Shown: in pieces, positions 60,046 through 64,000 of the stretch
Layout: every line of letters starts with the position of its first letter
Position numbering within the stretch: the stretch's first letter is position 1
Origin: an uncultured Actinomycetes bacterium
GTDB lineage: Bacteria; Actinomycetota; Thermoleophilia; UBA2241
Assembly (NCBI GenBank): GCA_963709345.1
Contig: CAVPVX010000007.1
Location: 32,001 to 96,000, forward strand
Length of the DNA: 64,000 nt
Reading direction: 5' to 3'
Notes under the pieces: model-generated
The model's input: only the letters and a program-made list of their open reading frames with translations
What the model was told of the DNA's origin: nothing
The model's database searches: none
Position numbers and translations under genes: made by a program

Positions 60046-61112
60046 TCCACCGCCTCCAACTGGAGTTCGCTCGGCACGCGCGCGCCGACCAGCGGCGCGC
60101 CCACAGCCCGGAGAAGCACGAATCCCACGCCCTCGGGGCCGGCCTTCTTGTCGCGCGACACGAGGTCGCACACGTCCGCGGGCGCCACGCCGGTGAGACG
60201 CCGCGGCAACCCCAGGCCGTCGAGCATCGCCTGCGCCGCCTCATCGTCGGCGGCGCTCAGCCCGCACAGCCGGCGCGAGAGCCACAGCGCGGCGCGAAGC
60301 CCGAGCGCCACGGCCTCGCCGTGCGTCCAGCGCGAGAACTCCGTGGCCGCCTCGATCGCATGCCCTATCGTATGACCGAGGTTGAGCTGCGCCCTCAGCC
60401 CCGCCTCGCGCTCGTCCAGCTTGACCACGCCCGCCTTGAAGGCGATCGAGCCGGCGACCAGTTCCTGCGTGACGGCCTCGGCACGGAGGTCGTCGTGGGC
60501 CAGACGAACGACCCGCCGAAACACGTCGCCGCCGGCGAGAAGCCCGTGCTTGGCCACCTCGGCGGCGCCGCTGCGCAACTCGCGGAGCGGCAGCGTCGCC
60601 AGCGTCCCCAGATCGGCGACCACGAGATGCGGCTGGTAGAACGACCCCACGTAGTTCTTGCCGACGCGGAAGTCGACCGCGACCTTGCCGCCGACCGAGG
60701 CGTCCACCTGCGAGAGCAGGGTGGTCGGCGCCTGGACGAAGCCGACGCCGCGCTGATAGGTGGCCGCCACGAAGCCGGTGAGGTCGCCCATGACGCCGCC
60801 ACCGAGAGCGAGGAGCGTGTCGCCCCTCGTCACGCCGCGGTCGTAGAGCACCCCGTAGAGTTCCTCGGCACGGCGAAGGCTCTTCTCGCCTTCGCCCGCG
60901 GGCAGGACCACGTGCGAGACGGGAATGTCGGCAGCGCGCAGAGAGGCACGCACGTCCTCAATGTACAGCGGCGCCACGTGCTCGTCGCAACAGACGACCA
61001 CCTGCCCGCTTCCGCGTTCGCGCCGCACGAGTCGGCCGACCTCGTCCAGCACGCCGCGTCCGACGACGATCGGATACGTGCGGGAGGGGGCTTGCACCGT
61101 GAGGCGTTTCAC
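60027..61112 (-). CDS. aroB: 3-dehydroquinate synthase
   Basis: GEGEK, GGGVMGDLTGF, PTTLLSQVDASVGGK, LNLGHTIGHAIE, DKK. Confidence 0.97.
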   Translation of the reverse strand: MKRLTVQAPSRTYPIVVGRGVLDEVGRLVRRERGSGQVVVCCDEHVAPLYIEDVRASLRAADIPVSHVVLPAGEGEKSLRRAEELYGVLYDRGVTRGDTLLALGGGVMGDLTGFVAATYQRGVGFVQAPTTLLSQVDASVGGKVAVDFRVGKNYVGSFYQPHLVVADLGTLATLPLRELRSGAAEVAKHGLLAGGDVFRRVVRLAHDDLRAEAVTQELVAGSIAFKAGVVKLDEREAGLRAQLNLGHTIGHAIEAATEFSRWTHGEAVALGLRAALWLSRRLCGLSAADDEAAQAMLDGLGLPRRLTGVAPADVCDLVSRDKKAGPEGVGFVLLRAVGAPLVGARVPSELQLEAVEWLTRR

Positions 61113-61699
61113 GCGGGGTCTCCCGGATTCTCAGCGTCTGCCGTGCCGGGCGAGTCGCCCGACCGCAGCGCTGTGACGATCTCGGTTGCCAGCGCCTTGG
61201 GGTCCTTGCTGCCGTCGTTCTCCACCACCAGCGTCGCGACATCCCGGTACAGCGGGGTCCGGGACTCCAGCAGTCTCGAGAATCCCTCCTCGTCGCGCGC
61301 CAGCGGGCGCCTGCCGAGGCCGGACGCGCGCACGCGCTCCCAGAGCACCGGCGGCGACGCCGTCAGCCAGACGACGTGCGGAAGGCGACGGACGGCCTCG
61401 CGAACCTCCCGGCTCAGCACGGCGCCGCCGCCCAGCGAGAGGACCGTGGGCACCGCGAGAGCGCGGGCGGCCGCGGCGGCCGCGACGTCACGCTCGGTGG
61501 CGCGGAACGCGGACTCGCCGCGGCGCGCGAAGAGCTCGTCTATGGGCCCTTCGATGCGGGTCACGAGGTCGTCGCTGTCGGTGAAGGGCAAGCCGAGAAC
61601 GTCTGCGAGCGCTCGGCCCACGGCGCTCTTGCCGGCGCCCATGAACCCCACCACAGCGACCGCGCCCTGCGACTCCGACCGAACCACCGCCGTGCTCAC
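61109..61699 (-). CDS. aroK: Shikimate kinase
   Basis: GFMGAGKS, GESAFR, SLGGGAV, RPL, R.PLY. Confidence 0.96.
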   Translation of the reverse strand: MSTAVVRSESQGAVAVVGFMGAGKSAVGRALADVLGLPFTDSDDLVTRIEGPIDELFARRGESAFRATERDVAAAAAARALAVPTVLSLGGGAVLSREVREAVRRLPHVVWLTASPPVLWERVRASGLGRRPLARDEEGFSRLLESRTPLYRDVATLVVENDGSKDPKALATEIVTALRSGDSPGTADAENPGDPA

Positions 61700-62901
61700 C
61701 TCTCCCGGACGCGCCGGCGAAAGGCCTTCGCCGCCGCCGCGAACTCCGTCACCGTCGCGCCGCCGAACCGCTCGAGAGCGGCGTCGGCCAGAGCGAGCGC
61801 CACGACCGCCTCGAGCACCACCCCGGCAGCGGGCACGGCGCAGACATCCGACCGCTCGAACCGCGACTCGACCTCCCGATGCGAGCCGAGCTCCACGCTA
61901 GCCAGAGGCTCGCGCAGCGTGGCGATCGGCTTCATCGCGACCCGCAGGACGATCGGCTCGCCGGTCGAGATGCCGCCTTCGACGCCTCCGGCGTTGTTGC
62001 TGCGGCGCGCGAAACCTCGTTCCGAGTCGTAGCCGAGGGGATCGTGCACCCGGCTGCCCGGCAGCTCGGCTGTGGCAAAGCCGAGGCCGAACTCCACGCC
62101 CTTCATCGCCGGCACCGTCATCGCCGCGGCCGCCAGACGCGCCTGAAGGCGCCGGTCGCCCTGCACGTACGTGCCGACGCCGGGCGGATAGCCGAACGCC
62201 AGGATCTCGATGACGCCTCCCAACGTGTCGCCCCGCGCGCCGGCGGCGTCGATGGCCGCGCACATGCGCCGTCCCGATTCGCGGTCGAGGCAGCGCACGG
62301 GGTCGGCCTCGACCGTCGCAACGTCGCCCAGCGTCATCGACGCCGTACTGCGCTCGCCTCCCAGGGCGACCACGTGGCTGACCACAGTGCAGCCGACTCC
62401 GGCGAGGAGCAGCTTGGCGACGGCGCCGCAGGCGACCTTCATCGCCGTCTCGCGCGCGCTCGCGCGCTCGATGACGTCACGGATGTCGGAAAGGTCGTAC
62501 AGAAGCGCCCCGCCGAGATCGGCGTGCCCCGGTCTCGGCACCAGCACCGGCGCATCCGTCCCGGAGCCCAGAGACGGCGCCCCGCCCGGCTCGAGCGCCG
62601 CGCCGGCCTCGGGAGGCGCCTCGACCGCCATGGTGGCGCCCCAGTTGGCGGCATCACGATTCGTGATGCACAGCGCGACCGGCGCGCCCGTCGTGGCGCC
62701 GTGGCGGACGCCGCCGAGGATCTTCACGGCGTCCTTCTCTATCTCCTGGCGGCCGCCGCGGCCGTAGCCGCCCTGCCGCCGCGCAAGATCCGCGTCGATG
62801 TCCGCCGCGGCAAGAGCCAGGCCTGCCGGGCATCCCTCGAGGATGCCGGTCAAGCATTCGCCGTGCGATTCACCGGCCGTGAGATATCTGAGACGGCTCA
62901 T
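61696..62901 (-). CDS. aroC: Chorismate synthase
   Basis: TAGESHG, RRQGGYGRGGR, PRPGHAD, ERASARET, NNAGGVEGGIS, MKPIAT, ERSDVC. Confidence 0.98.
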   Translation of the reverse strand: MSRLRYLTAGESHGECLTGILEGCPAGLALAAADIDADLARRQGGYGRGGRQEIEKDAVKILGGVRHGATTGAPVALCITNRDAANWGATMAVEAPPEAGAALEPGGAPSLGSGTDAPVLVPRPGHADLGGALLYDLSDIRDVIERASARETAMKVACGAVAKLLLAGVGCTVVSHVVALGGERSTASMTLGDVATVEADPVRCLDRESGRRMCAAIDAAGARGDTLGGVIEILAFGYPPGVGTYVQGDRRLQARLAAAAMTVPAMKGVEFGLGFATAELPGSRVHDPLGYDSERGFARRSNNAGGVEGGISTGEPIVLRVAMKPIATLREPLASVELGSHREVESRFERSDVCAVPAAGVVLEAVVALALADAALERFGGATVTEFAAAAKAFRRRVRER

Positions 62902-63015
62902 GCTCCCTACCTTATCCGCGCCGCGAGCGCCGGCACAAGGCGCGAGGGCGCCGGCACAACGAACGACGGGGCGGCCTGCGGCCGCCCCGTCGCGAGAATC
63001 GCTTGCCTGACCGGC

Positions 63016-63813
63016 CTACTTGATGACCACCTGACCGGCGCGCAACGTGAGCGTCTGGTCGCCGTGCCTGATGGTGACGGTCTGCGCGCTGACGTCGATG
63101 GCGAGGATCTCGATCTCTCCCCACGCCGTGCTGAAGACGTCGCCGACCTTCTTGTCGGTGTAGGTCTTGCCGTCCACCTCGAAGGTGGCCAGTGCCGTGC
63201 CGTTCTGGCTGCTCACGCTGAGCACGGTGATGGAGTGGCCACCGCTGCCACCGCCGCCGGACGCACCGATGGACGTGACCGCCAGCGTGTACATGTCGCC
63301 GTTCTCCAGCGTGACCTGGACAGACTCGCCGAGGTTGACCTTGACCGAGCCGTCACCGTTCTCGAGGGCGCCGTCGATCACCGAGAAGGTGACGTCGCCG
63401 GACGTGACGCTCGAGATCGTGAATGCAGCCGCAGATCCGCCCGGGACCTTGTCGCCCTGCGTCACGTTGTACGTCGTGCCGTCGACCTTGACCTTGGCCG
63501 AGAGATCGCTCTTCGGTGCTGCCGTACTCGTGGGGCTCGGCGTCGGCTGGGACGGCGTCCCGAACGGAATGAACGGGTCCTTGCTCGTGAACTTGTCGAG
63601 CAGCGGCTCCTCCTTGGCGGGATCCGCCGGAGCCAGCCCGGCAGCCTCGCCGTCGTCGGCGTAGATGCTCTGCACGGAAGCGTCCGCGGCGCCGCCCACC
63701 GTGCCGCCGGCGACGCTGTCGCTGCTCTGCGCAAGCGCGACGGCGAGAGCGAGCGCCGCCCCGACGATGAGCGCGATGATGACGTACGTGACGACGCGCC
63801 GGTTGCTGCTCAC
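63016..63813 (-). CDS. Membrane-anchored exported protein, probably type IV pilus associated (PilP-like)
   Basis: N-terminal TM helix, KDPF motif, repeated beta domains (VDGTTY, VDGKTY). GTGA overlap with the pilO-like gene. Confidence 0.65.
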   Translation of the reverse strand: MSSNRRVVTYVIIALIVGAALALAVALAQSSDSVAGGTVGGAADASVQSIYADDGEAAGLAPADPAKEEPLLDKFTSKDPFIPFGTPSQPTPSPTSTAAPKSDLSAKVKVDGTTYNVTQGDKVPGGSAAAFTISSVTSGDVTFSVIDGALENGDGSVKVNLGESVQVTLENGDMYTLAVTSIGASGGGGSGGHSITVLSVSSQNGTALATFEVDGKTYTDKKVGDVFSTAWGEIEILAIDVSAQTVTIRHGDQTLTLRAGQVVIK

Positions 63814-64000
63814 TGCGCACCTCCCTCCGCCGGTGCGGCTGCCGCTTGCGCCGAGCCGCCCCAGAGATACGCGTTGAGCGCCAGGGACACCGTGAGCGGC
63901 GGAGACCCGCCCGTGGTCGACTCGGTGGTCGCGGCGGTCGCGTTCATCTGTGTCACCTGCAACAGGCGCCCGGTGACGCGGAAACTGGCGTTGCGGAAGG
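63810..64000 (-). CDS. C-terminus of a probable PilO-like pilus assembly protein (partial)
   Basis: Open frame ...FRVTGRLLQVTQM...LTVSLALNAYLWG...AQ*. RLL.V and L.AY resemble PilO, and pil genes commonly precede aroC. Confidence 0.55.
   Translation of the reverse strand, partial: FRNASFRVTGRLLQVTQMNATAATTESTTGGSPPLTVSLALNAYLWGGSAQAAAAPAEGGAQ

Overview
High-GC bacterial DNA, most likely Actinomycetota class Thermoleophilia (inferred from gene order, a WhiG/FliA-type sigma factor, tandem lepB genes and a SepIVA-like gene). About 57 kb (6.6-64 kb) is a minus-strand housekeeping backbone: pilO, aroC/K/B/Q, pepP, efp, a carboxyltransferase-AccB fusion, nusB, ispA, dxs, tlyA, nadK, recN, pyrG, xerD, deoB, punA, pdp, rsmD, coaD, rpmF, plsX, acpP, rnc, smc, ftsY, larB, ffh, rpsP, rimM, trmD, rplS, lepB x2, rnhB, yraN, comM, dprA, xerC, whiG, rpsB, tsf, pyrH, frr, uppS, cdsA, dxr, rseP, ispG. 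The left 6.2 kb is accessory and holds the most interesting element, an apparent RiPP (modified-peptide) cluster. Two short precursor peptides share a P-x-L...E-x-VLT-x-CK leader motif, and each sits directly upstream of its own radical SAM/SPASM enzyme. One enzyme is fused to a C-terminal HprK-like P-loop kinase domain. A divergent ABC exporter and an intervening FitAB/VapBC toxin-antitoxin pair complete the visible part, and the cluster runs off the left edge. The accessory region has many apparent indels, probably sequencing error, so gene boundaries there are reconstructed by eye. I recognised no rRNA, tRNA, CRISPR array or transposase.
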